Positions 24,390-33,152 of a DNA stretch of 46,405 nt are shown piece after piece; within the stretch, counting starts at the first letter, position 1, and each line of letters begins with the position of its first letter. The position numbers and the translations under genes were made by a program. The notes under the pieces are model-generated. The model did no database searches, was not told where the DNA came from, and saw only the letters and a list, made by a program, of their open reading frames with translations. This stretch comes from an uncultured Candidatus Saccharibacteria bacterium (GTDB lineage Bacteria > Patescibacteriota > Minisyncoccia > Sungbacterales > HO2-52-23), in NCBI GenBank assembly GCA_964361015.1, contig CAYHZE010000002.1, positions 1 through 46,405 on the forward strand. The letters are read 5' to 3'.

Positions 24390-26315
24390 TTATTCCTGCC
24401 TACTCTCCCACAAAAGCTGTTTCAACATATCCGATAATTTTGCGGTAGCTACGCAGATCACTTTGTCAGCACCGCCATAGTATATATAAAGAAGATCATT
24501 TTTTACCACCGCACCGCATGAAAATACTACATGGGAAACCAAACCCTCATGCTCATAAGACATCTCCGGTTCTAAAATCGGATCGTGAGTGCGGGCAATC
24601 ACGCGAGTTGGATCTTTGAGATCAAGGAGGGCTGCGCGCAGATGATAGTGGTGATCGGGTTTTTTTGATATGCCGTGATAAATTAAAAGCCAACCGTGCT
24701 TGGTTTCTATCGGAGGTCCCGCAATCCCTATCTTCTGGCTGTCCCGCTCGCCCGTGCGAGGATTCATTAAAATTTTCCCGCCGATCCATGACGTGCCATT
24801 AAAATTCAAACTATCCACAAAATCTATCCAGATACTTAAACCTATCCGATGGAGGATCGCGTATTTACCATTAATTTTTTTAGGAAAAAGAGCGGCATCT
24901 TTATCGTCAATGCCGGGGGGGGAAATTAACATGGGAGCAGTCCAATTCCATTTTTTATCCACAAAATCTTTTACCGATAGAGAGGTGAGCGCCACGCGCG
25001 GCACGTCTTTGCCGTTATAAGCCGTATAACATACATAAAGCATGGTGCCTATTCTCGTAATGCGCGGATCCTCGCAACCGGAATTTGCTCCGGATACTAA
25101 TTTAGTTTCAAACGATTCCCGCGGAACATATGCGGGTTTCTTACTTTGATAATCAATAAGAAAACCGTCTTGACTTCGGGCATAACCAAACACGGACGTA
25201 TTGTCATCCGACATTGCCCGATACAGCAAATAAATTGTGTCTTCCAATAAAACTGCGGCCGCGTTAAATGTTGCTTTTGCCTCCCATGCATGTGCGCGGT
25301 CAGGCTGAATAATCGGATTCCCTGCAAACTTAGTGAGCAACTGCGTTCTATGTGCCGGTGACAACAATATTGCCATCAAATCCTTGATCTTGAGTGTTGC
25401 CACGCAACATGTGGTGTCTGCCGCGCCATAATATAAGTATAATGTTTCTCCTTTCACAAACGCTCCGGACGGAAATACGATATTGGCCACTTCTCCCTTT
25501 CGCTCGTAGTCCGCTTCCGGCACAAGAATGAATTCCGATGTTTTCCCTATAATCTTGGAGGGATCTTTCAAATCAAGAAGCACGGCGCTTACGCCAAATA
25601 TCGGAGGAGGAGCAAAATAATTTTTTATGGAAGAATAAATAAAAAGCCATCCGTGTTTTGTTTTAATCGGAGGAGCGCCTACCTCAATATGATCCTTCGG
25701 GCCTCGCGGTATCGCAAGGATATGGCTATCAAGAGAAGCGTACCATTTGTTCCAATAATCAACGGACCATATATCTTCTTCTTTATCAAAATAAGCAATA
25801 CATATATTGGCCGGAGGATTATCGGTATTCACCGTCACCAATGCGGCAAGTTTTCCGTTGATTGTTTCCGGAAAAAGAGCCATTGCTTTAGAATTGAATG
25901 TAGTGACCAGATGTTTCTCTATTTCCTTGAAATCGCTGGTAATACCGACCCCGATTTTAATGCCTTGGGGTGAGAAAGGAAATGCCGAAAGCGCTGTGTA
26001 AAAAATATAAAACTTTTTTCCCAATTTTGTGATGCGCGGATCCTCACAACCAAATTGTTCCCATTCAAACTCCGGTCTCATCAACTGTCTGCGATGATTA
26101 AAATGGAGACCATCGGTACTCACTGCATATCCGATTGACGATATATGCATTTCTCTGCCTTTGTATATTTCAAGCGATGACACGGCCCGATACACAAAAT
26201 GAATGGTGCCGTTGGCCGGAGCCGGACAGCCGTTGAAAGCGGCTACTGCCTCCCAAAATCTCGTTTTGTCCGGCAATAAAATAGGATTTTTGTTCGATCG
26301 TTTTGCTATGTTCAT
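24390..26315 (-). CDS. Tandem double GH130-like (beta-propeller glycoside phosphorylase/glycosidase-related) protein
   Basis: Two ~310-aa halves, each with NPI(L/I)xPD...WE...FN, GCEDPRIT, GPPI(K/E)TKHGWL(F/L)IY and YYG(A/G)AD. Overlaps the upstream gene by 4 nt. Confidence 0.8.
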   Translation of the reverse strand: MNIAKRSNKNPILLPDKTRFWEAVAAFNGCPAPANGTIHFVYRAVSSLEIYKGREMHISSIGYAVSTDGLHFNHRRQLMRPEFEWEQFGCEDPRITKLGKKFYIFYTALSAFPFSPQGIKIGVGITSDFKEIEKHLVTTFNSKAMALFPETINGKLAALVTVNTDNPPANICIAYFDKEEDIWSVDYWNKWYASLDSHILAIPRGPKDHIEVGAPPIKTKHGWLFIYSSIKNYFAPPPIFGVSAVLLDLKDPSKIIGKTSEFILVPEADYERKGEVANIVFPSGAFVKGETLYLYYGAADTTCCVATLKIKDLMAILLSPAHRTQLLTKFAGNPIIQPDRAHAWEAKATFNAAAVLLEDTIYLLYRAMSDDNTSVFGYARSQDGFLIDYQSKKPAYVPRESFETKLVSGANSGCEDPRITRIGTMLYVCYTAYNGKDVPRVALTSLSVKDFVDKKWNWTAPMLISPPGIDDKDAALFPKKINGKYAILHRIGLSIWIDFVDSLNFNGTSWIGGKILMNPRTGERDSQKIGIAGPPIETKHGWLLIYHGISKKPDHHYHLRAALLDLKDPTRVIARTHDPILEPEMSYEHEGLVSHVVFSCGAVVKNDLLYIYYGGADKVICVATAKLSDMLKQLLWESRQE

Positions 26316-27430
26316 CGTATGCGCTTAAGTTTCGGTTCCTGCGTTTGCATCAACGTATTCAAAAATGTTTCTAAATCCGCGGTGGCAACACAGACAACGG
26401 TATCCGCGCCGCCGTAATATACAAAAAGCTTGTTTTTTATAACCACCGCGCCGCATGAATATACAACCCCGGCCTTATGGCCCTCATTTTCATACGATTC
26501 GTCCGGCTCTAAAATTGGTTTTTTTGATCGGTATAAAACTTTTATGGGATCATCCTTATCCAATATCATAGCGCCCAATTTATAACGATTGGGATCTGCT
26601 TTATCCATCGCGTGATACAAAATGAGCCAACCGTGTTTTGTTTTAATCGGCGGAGGTCCGGCCCCGCGTACCCAATTATCCCACTGCCCGCTATCTGCGG
26701 TTTGTCCGTGGTGACTTTTAATATAAGGGCGATCGTCAAACGTATCAAGATTATCAAAATAATCAATGAGAATGTCGGGCGAAATGCTATGTAAAATCGC
26801 AAATTTTCCTTTTATCTTTTCAGGAAAAAGCACCCAATTTTTATGTATCTCCCACGGCGGAGAAACAAGCATCGGCCGTTTCCATCTCCATTTTTTTGCA
26901 AGAAAATCGTTTAAATCTATAGAGGTAAGCGCCATACGGACAGATCCCCATCCGTCAAACGCCACAAACGTCATATAGACGCGATCACCGATTACTACCG
27001 CCCGAGGATCCTCGCAACCGCCCCAACTGCCTCCGGAACTATAATGGATTGGCTTAGTAATTCCATGATGTGTGCGAGGATTGATGGCAATATACACGGG
27101 GTCTATGCCGCGCTCTTCTATATTGATACCGTCATGACTCGCGGCATACCCTACAACCGAGAGTCCGTGGTCGCCAATTGCGCGATACAACAAATGAATC
27201 TTCCCTCCTTCATAGATCGCCGCGGGATTGAATGTTTGATATGATTCCCAATGATTTTCTTTGTCAGGAGAAAGAATTGGATTACCCTCATGTCTTGCAA
27301 GAACTGAAGAGTGGATATTTTTATGTTTTCCGGTTAAACGTTTTTCCTTTTCAAGACCAACCGACCCCCTTGATTTCTTGAGAACTGCTCTATGTAAAGA
27401 TTTTTTACCTGATAATTGAGTGTTTTTCAT
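26312..27430 (-). CDS. GH130-like glycoside phosphorylase/glycosidase-related protein (single domain)
   Basis: NPILSPDKENHWESYQTFNPAA, GCEDPRAV, GPPPIKTKHGWLILYH and YYGGADTVVCVATA. Closest by eye to the C-terminal half of 24390-26315. Confidence 0.8.
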   Translation of the reverse strand: MKNTQLSGKKSLHRAVLKKSRGSVGLEKEKRLTGKHKNIHSSVLARHEGNPILSPDKENHWESYQTFNPAAIYEGGKIHLLYRAIGDHGLSVVGYAASHDGINIEERGIDPVYIAINPRTHHGITKPIHYSSGGSWGGCEDPRAVVIGDRVYMTFVAFDGWGSVRMALTSIDLNDFLAKKWRWKRPMLVSPPWEIHKNWVLFPEKIKGKFAILHSISPDILIDYFDNLDTFDDRPYIKSHHGQTADSGQWDNWVRGAGPPPIKTKHGWLILYHAMDKADPNRYKLGAMILDKDDPIKVLYRSKKPILEPDESYENEGHKAGVVYSCGAVVIKNKLFVYYGGADTVVCVATADLETFLNTLMQTQEPKLKRIR

Positions 27431-27477
27431 AAGATATACCTCTTAAGAAGTTATGACATAACCAAATGCCATACAAA

Positions 27478-27511
27478 ACATACCCTATATATATTCTATA
27501 TTAGGGTATGT
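27478..27511 (-). terminator. Hairpin between the GT4 gene and the GH130 genes (terminator or attenuator)
   Basis: ACATACCCT (27478-27486) / AGGGTATGT (27503-27511) with a 16-nt AT loop. On the minus strand it is followed by a T-rich TTTTGTAT. Confidence 0.45.
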
Positions 27512-27539
27512 AAAACGTCTATACAAGTTTTGCACATTT

Positions 27540-28622
27540 TTAAACAACTAAAGACTCAATCGTATATATCATTTTTCTGCCTGCTTTCCCCCATGAGAAT
27601 TGAGCGGCTTGCAACTGGCCATTGTGGATAAGTTCTTGTGTCAGATTTTTATCACGCGCAACTCTCTCCATGGCAGATGCCAATTCTTGGACGCTTGAGG
27701 GATCAACTAAAAGCGCCGAATTGTTCTGGCATATTTCTCCCAAGGATGTTGATCGTGAAGTAATGACCGGCGTACCGCACGCCATTGCTTCCAATACCGG
27801 ATATCCGAAGCCTTCTATAAAACTTGCAAAGACAAGCGCTTGTGCGCGCTTGTAAATATAAGAAAGTTGGCCATCATTCAAATGCCCGATAAACTGCACG
27901 CGCGCCTGTATGCCCTCGCTTGCAATATATCGTTTCATCTCTTCTACATATCCGCCCTCTGCTCTGCCCCCAAGCACAAGCACATACTCTGGATATTTCC
28001 CACAAATCGCGCGAAACGCGCGCACTACATTAAACACATTTTTCCGCGGCTTCATTACGCCAACAAATAAAAAAAACTTCTCAGGCAATATGATTGCTTG
28101 CTCCGTCACCGCACACACATCTTTAAATCCGCACCATACGACATTAATTTTTTCCTCTGCAACGCCAAATAGTTTAATCGTATCCCGCTTTGTCGCCTCG
28201 GAAATTGCTACAATCCCGTCCGCGCGGCGCAGGGAGCGCCCATGATACCAATATGTCAGCCAATTCAACAATGTTGCTTTGAATCCCCGCGGAGGAAAAT
28301 AATAATACGCGAAATCAAGCGCCAACACGATTGATTTTTTCGGTTTATATATAAGCGGCATAACCGGCGTATTAAATATAATCACATCGCATTGCGGCGC
28401 ATCACGCAATCGGTCAAGCCACAATAACCCCTCGCCCAACACATGCACCCGCCAATTTGTTCCAGAAAATTCCGGCAATACACGGAATGCGCGTTTCAAA
28501 AAAATAATATATTCATTCTCATGATCAACTGACACCATGCCCTTTGTCAATTCAAAAATAGTGCGGGCCAATCCTGCAGGCTGATCTTCTCCATACGGAT
28601 GCAATATAATGCCTATCTTCAT
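27540..28622 (-). CDS. Glycosyltransferase family 4 (GT-B)
   Basis: C-terminal EGFGYPVLEAMACGTPVITS motif (E-X7-E type). Confidence 0.9.
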   Translation of the reverse strand: MKIGIILHPYGEDQPAGLARTIFELTKGMVSVDHENEYIIFLKRAFRVLPEFSGTNWRVHVLGEGLLWLDRLRDAPQCDVIIFNTPVMPLIYKPKKSIVLALDFAYYYFPPRGFKATLLNWLTYWYHGRSLRRADGIVAISEATKRDTIKLFGVAEEKINVVWCGFKDVCAVTEQAIILPEKFFLFVGVMKPRKNVFNVVRAFRAICGKYPEYVLVLGGRAEGGYVEEMKRYIASEGIQARVQFIGHLNDGQLSYIYKRAQALVFASFIEGFGYPVLEAMACGTPVITSRSTSLGEICQNNSALLVDPSSVQELASAMERVARDKNLTQELIHNGQLQAAQFSWGKAGRKMIYTIESLVV

Positions 28623-29770
28623 ATACGTTCCTTGATGAATTCACTGATATGTCTACTGCGCTTGTCCCATGAAAAACTCTGCACCTTTGCAAACGCGCGA
28701 TCCGCGCGCGCGTTCATTTCATCCCTATGCGCAAGCGCATAATTTATTTTCTCCGTCAAATCGCGCGCATTGTCCGGCTCAAACAAAAGCGCTTCTCGAT
28801 TGCTCACGATTTCGCGATTGGCAGGCGTTGCGCTCGCTATCATCGGCCGCCTGCTTGCCATATATTCAAAACATTTCATTGGCGACGTATGAAGATATGA
28901 ATACTCATTTCTCTTGGTGCCCAATACAAGGAGAATGTCAGCCGCGGCAAGCCACATCGGAATTTCCGTAAATGAACGATGGCCCACGCAATGCACTGAT
29001 GCGGGAAGTGTTTTTATGCCTGACGCACGCATTAACTCCTCCGCTGTTCCGCCTACAAAATAAAAAACATTGTTGCGTCCAAGCAGAGAAGCCGCTTGAA
29101 GCGCAGTGTCAAGCCCTTTCCACTGATACAATTTCCCCGCATAGAGAATCACCGGCATATCCCCATCAATGCCAAGTTTTTTTCTTGCATCTTCCTGGGA
29201 GGGGAGAGAAACAAACATATTCATATCAATACCATTGGGACGTACGATAATTTTTTGAGTAGGAATCCCAAATATCTTACGCAATTCCTTTTCAATAATA
29301 CCATTGATAACAATGATTCCTGATGCAAAACGAAAAAGCAATACGACTAAAAAACGCTTCTGCTTGGCATCATGAATTTCGCAAAAATAAGGCATCCCGA
29401 TAAATGGAATGAGAAAAAAAGAAAACTGATCAATATCAACCGTATACACGATAAATGTTTCGCCGCGCAATCGTTTTGCGAGCAAATAAAAAAAATACCC
29501 GAATGCAAACGAAAGCGATCCGAGAACAAATCCCATCCGCCCCCGCGTATACCAGTCAAGTACCGGCAATTTTCTTATCGAAATATCAACGCGCAATCCA
29601 TAGAAATCTTTAAGCGATGCCTGCGACGTTTTTCTTTTCGGCACAACAAGTTCAAGATCAATCCCCTGCTCAACAAACGCCTCACACATCTTGGCAAGCT
29701 GAATGCCATGGGCTTTTTCCGTAGACATGCGGGCGTTGGCGATATAGTAGATTTTTTTGTTGAGTTTCAT
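28619..29770 (-). CDS. Glycosyltransferase family 4-like (GT-B)
   Basis: GT-B order with VILYAGKLYQWKG and SPMKCFEYMASRRPMIAS. Overlaps the downstream gene by 4 nt. Confidence 0.8.
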   Translation of the reverse strand: MKLNKKIYYIANARMSTEKAHGIQLAKMCEAFVEQGIDLELVVPKRKTSQASLKDFYGLRVDISIRKLPVLDWYTRGRMGFVLGSLSFAFGYFFYLLAKRLRGETFIVYTVDIDQFSFFLIPFIGMPYFCEIHDAKQKRFLVVLLFRFASGIIVINGIIEKELRKIFGIPTQKIIVRPNGIDMNMFVSLPSQEDARKKLGIDGDMPVILYAGKLYQWKGLDTALQAASLLGRNNVFYFVGGTAEELMRASGIKTLPASVHCVGHRSFTEIPMWLAAADILLVLGTKRNEYSYLHTSPMKCFEYMASRRPMIASATPANREIVSNREALLFEPDNARDLTEKINYALAHRDEMNARADRAFAKVQSFSWDKRSRHISEFIKERI

Positions 29771-29812
29771 AACGTCATGGGTTCTTCAAATTGCCATCTC
29801 ATTTTTTATAGA

Positions 29813-30850
29813 TTACCCCACCATTCGCTTAAGCAATTTTTCCTCGCTTTGCGCCCAATTCACCAATGTCTTCAATCCCTTGTCAAACGAAATCTTCGGT
29901 TCCCAGCCAAGGTCTTGCTTGATCTTATCAATATGCGAAATATATACTTTTTGATCACCCGGACGCCACGAACTTAATGAGTAGGGTATTTTTTTGCCGA
30001 TAATTTTTTCTATCCTACCGATAGCGCCAAGCACGGAAGATGCCTCTTTTACGCCGCCGCCGATATTGTAAATATGGCCGGACACTTTTTGCGGACTTCT
30101 GATCGCCATATCGTAGAGCCGCGCCAAATCTTCAACATGAAGAACATCACGAACTTGATGCCCATCTCCATAGATGGTAATCGGGCGATCCAGCAATGAA
30201 GATATTACAAACCATGCGACCCATCCTTGATCCTCAACGCCAAACTGATGTGGTCCATAAATACATGACTGGCGAAACACCACTGTTGGCAATCCGTAGA
30301 TGCGCGCATAGTCATGCACATATTGATCCGCGGCTCCTTTACTGCAACCATAGGGCGAATGAAAATCAACCCCGTGGTGCTCGGCAATCCCTGCTTGATA
30401 TTGTTTGTATTGATACCCGCTGTTGGTAAGCATTACCTCGGCATGATCCATATTGCCATATACTTTGTTGGTAGACGCATATATCACAAGGGGTTTTGTT
30501 GAAGACATCCGTGCCGCCTCAAGTACATTGAGAGTCCCCTGTGTGTTGGTAAGAAAATCATGATATGGATCCTCAACTGATTTGGTTACCGCCACTTGGG
30601 CGGCAAGATGAATAACCGCATCGGCATTGCCAACCGCGCCCTTGAGTTTTGTTCTGTCAGTCACTACATCACCATGAATAAAAGCAAATTGCTTGCCCCA
30701 TGTTTTTTTGAACCATTTAAGATTTTCTTCCGATCCTTTGCGCGAAAGATTATCAAATAACGCGACGTGATATTTTTGCGACAACAAATAGTGTGCGGTG
30801 TTTATACCGATAAAACCGGCGCCGCCGGTTATAAGAACACGTTTTTTCAT
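29813..30850 (-). CDS. NAD-dependent sugar epimerase/dehydratase (SDR), CDP-paratose 2-epimerase-like
   Basis: VLITGGAGFIGIN Rossmann motif, catalytic YGCSKGAADQY, and FHSPYGCSKGAADQYVHDYARIYGLPTVVFRQSCIYGPHQFGVEDQGWVAWF, which resembles Salmonella RfbE as I recall it. Confidence 0.8.
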   Translation of the reverse strand: MKKRVLITGGAGFIGINTAHYLLSQKYHVALFDNLSRKGSEENLKWFKKTWGKQFAFIHGDVVTDRTKLKGAVGNADAVIHLAAQVAVTKSVEDPYHDFLTNTQGTLNVLEAARMSSTKPLVIYASTNKVYGNMDHAEVMLTNSGYQYKQYQAGIAEHHGVDFHSPYGCSKGAADQYVHDYARIYGLPTVVFRQSCIYGPHQFGVEDQGWVAWFVISSLLDRPITIYGDGHQVRDVLHVEDLARLYDMAIRSPQKVSGHIYNIGGGVKEASSVLGAIGRIEKIIGKKIPYSLSSWRPGDQKVYISHIDKIKQDLGWEPKISFDKGLKTLVNWAQSEEKLLKRMVG

Positions 30851-30853
30851 ACA

Positions 30854-31945
30854 TTATTGCTTATCTGTTATATACAACGGCACGGATCTATTGTTTGTAA
30901 CCATTACCGTGTCTTTTAAAAGAGAACGCAATTTTGTAATGGTGGTATCAAGACTATGATAGTCAAGCACAATTTGGCGCAACGCCATATTGGGACGCGT
31001 CTCCATGCTTACCTGTTTGATCCGTTCGGCAAGAAATTCAGGATGAGTATGATCCAAAAAATAAGCATCAGGCACAACGGAACGATATGCTTCATTGGCG
31101 GTCAGTACAGACAAGCCGCATGCCATTGCTTCAAAGACCGCCTTATCAAGGGACCCTGTTCCTGACACGTTTACGAATATATCATGTTCTCGCAGAAGCG
31201 CCGGAATTTGGGAATAACCAGCCGCGCCGAGAAAGTCAACATGGGAAGAAAGATTTTTCTCGGCGATAAGATGTTTGATAGATTCGAGATATGAATAATC
31301 GCGCGGCAATATAGGGCCTCCCACAATTGAAAGCGACCATCCATCTGGCCATATGCGTGCCCCCACCGCGCATGCATTGATAATCTGCTCATAATTTTTA
31401 ATGGGAGAGATTCTGCCGACGGTTATGAGTTTGAGCTTCTTTTCTGCATGTGCGGAATTTGGTTCGCGCGGCACAAATAAATCAGTATTAATAGCCTGTC
31501 CCGTATAGATAACCTTTTTTGACGGTAGCCGAAATCCTTCCGGGGAAGAGGTGGCAATAAAATCAACAAGCTTTTCTGCAATTTTAAGACGCAATGTCAC
31601 GCTTTTATGCGCATACCACAACACCGAACGTTTTTTTAATGATAACAAAAAAGGGGCGGCGGCAATGACAAATTCTGGAATCTGATGGAAAAAAACAGAG
31701 TCGCATCTTGCATAATGATATGAAAAAAGTTCAAAAAATGTTTTTATGCGAAAAAACCGGCTTGTATTTTTTTCTTTGCCAAGACTACATAATTTCACAT
31801 GGGGGGCAAAATCTGTTTTTCCGACATATGACGTAATGATTGTTACCTCATCAAATTCTTTGCTCAAGCGTTCAAACCAATAATAAAACGCGCCAAGATT
31901 TTCGTCTTCTTTATCAACTTTTTGCGTGACGATGAGTAAATGCAT
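30854..31945 (-). CDS. Glycosyltransferase family 4
   Basis: GT-B C-terminal domain with SLDKAVFEAMACGLSVLT. Confidence 0.8.
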   Translation of the reverse strand: MHLLIVTQKVDKEDENLGAFYYWFERLSKEFDEVTIITSYVGKTDFAPHVKLCSLGKEKNTSRFFRIKTFFELFSYHYARCDSVFFHQIPEFVIAAAPFLLSLKKRSVLWYAHKSVTLRLKIAEKLVDFIATSSPEGFRLPSKKVIYTGQAINTDLFVPREPNSAHAEKKLKLITVGRISPIKNYEQIINACAVGARIWPDGWSLSIVGGPILPRDYSYLESIKHLIAEKNLSSHVDFLGAAGYSQIPALLREHDIFVNVSGTGSLDKAVFEAMACGLSVLTANEAYRSVVPDAYFLDHTHPEFLAERIKQVSMETRPNMALRQIVLDYHSLDTTITKLRSLLKDTVMVTNNRSVPLYITDKQ

Positions 31946-32013
31946 AAAAACCAGCTTGAAGGAAAAATTTTATCATCTTCCCTGCAAGCTACAAGCCAAT
32001 TCCTACAAGCTAA

Positions 32014-33135
32014 TTAAAAACAGCAATCAAAACTTTTCTTCCACTGGGCAAGATAATCTTGTCGCGTGGACGGGCGAATATTGAACGCGGTTACTTGAGC
32101 GGCCTTCGCGAATTTGATTCTTGTTTCCGGGTGCGCGCAGAGGTCACTGATAGCCGCCGCAAGAGCTGATTGATCTGCTACGGGTACTACGCGGCCATTG
32201 ATGCCATCGCGTATGATTTCTCCCGCCACTCCCACGTCTGTCATGATAACAGGAAGACCCACTGCCATTCCTTCAATTGCCACCCTCCCCCACCCTTCAA
32301 TATAAGAAGGTATAACCATAAGGTCAAAAGACGCATAAAATGAAGATAGATCATTGCGCCATGGATCAAGAAATACATTGCGTTCAAGACGAAATACTGA
32401 AATGAGCGATTGATAATACTCTTTATCGGGTCCATCTCCCGTGATTACAAGCACGGCGGTGGGATATTTTTTTACTACCTCAACCATGGCGCGAATCAGC
32501 ATGCTGAAATTTTTTTCTTTTTCTTTCATGCGGCCTACCGCAATCATCGCGCAGACTGAATTGCGAGTACGCGTGTCTTTTGATATCTTAGCGCCCCCAC
32601 TCCTCAATGCCGACACGTCGGTAAAAATAGGCAATACCGTGAGTAATGACGGAGAAATATGTAACCGATCAATAAGCGAGCGCGCAATGCGATCAGATAC
32701 TACGCGTATGCAATCGGCGCGCGGTAATAAAAACCGCGCAAGCATATATTTTATCCGCGGCGCTGTTCCGGCGCGCCGATACCATGGACTCATAATATCC
32801 GTATGCACTTGAAGCTGAAGCCGTATTTTCAACGACCGTGCAACCATAAAAGCAATAAACCCAAGTTCGTCCGGACTTTGCGCAGTTACTATTTCTATGG
32901 AACGACGCGCCACGATTGACCGCGCAATACGATATGCCTTCACCCGCTGTATTATCTTATTTCCCGATAAAGAGTGAAAAAAAAGATTCTTATATGGATG
33001 CGCAACATCATGCTCTCCGCCAAGTACCACAATGTGAAGTTCATCGCATAATTCCGCATATGCTTTCATGCGCGCATGAACCGCACTTTGCTCATTCATT
33101 ATTTCATTGTCCCCGGAAATCATGAGAATTTTCAT
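32014..33135 (-). CDS. Glycosyltransferase family 4
   Basis: MKILMISGD start and EGWGRVAIEGMAVGLPVIMTDVG. The ATG at 33135 is preferred because the GTG at 33225 lies inside the upstream gene. Confidence 0.85.
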   Translation of the reverse strand: MKILMISGDNEIMNEQSAVHARMKAYAELCDELHIVVLGGEHDVAHPYKNLFFHSLSGNKIIQRVKAYRIARSIVARRSIEIVTAQSPDELGFIAFMVARSLKIRLQLQVHTDIMSPWYRRAGTAPRIKYMLARFLLPRADCIRVVSDRIARSLIDRLHISPSLLTVLPIFTDVSALRSGGAKISKDTRTRNSVCAMIAVGRMKEKEKNFSMLIRAMVEVVKKYPTAVLVITGDGPDKEYYQSLISVFRLERNVFLDPWRNDLSSFYASFDLMVIPSYIEGWGRVAIEGMAVGLPVIMTDVGVAGEIIRDGINGRVVPVADQSALAAAISDLCAHPETRIKFAKAAQVTAFNIRPSTRQDYLAQWKKSFDCCF

Positions 33136-33152
33136 GGCAACATAAGATATTC

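Noticed and set aside
29372-29977. Long antisense ORFs inside large minus-strand genes (for example 29372-29977, 33436-33891, 40631-41179, 15648-16118, 16109-16546)
   Set aside because: They fully overlap genes with clear family signatures on the opposite strand, and they have low-complexity or odd composition. They are the shadow ORFs expected in long coding regions.
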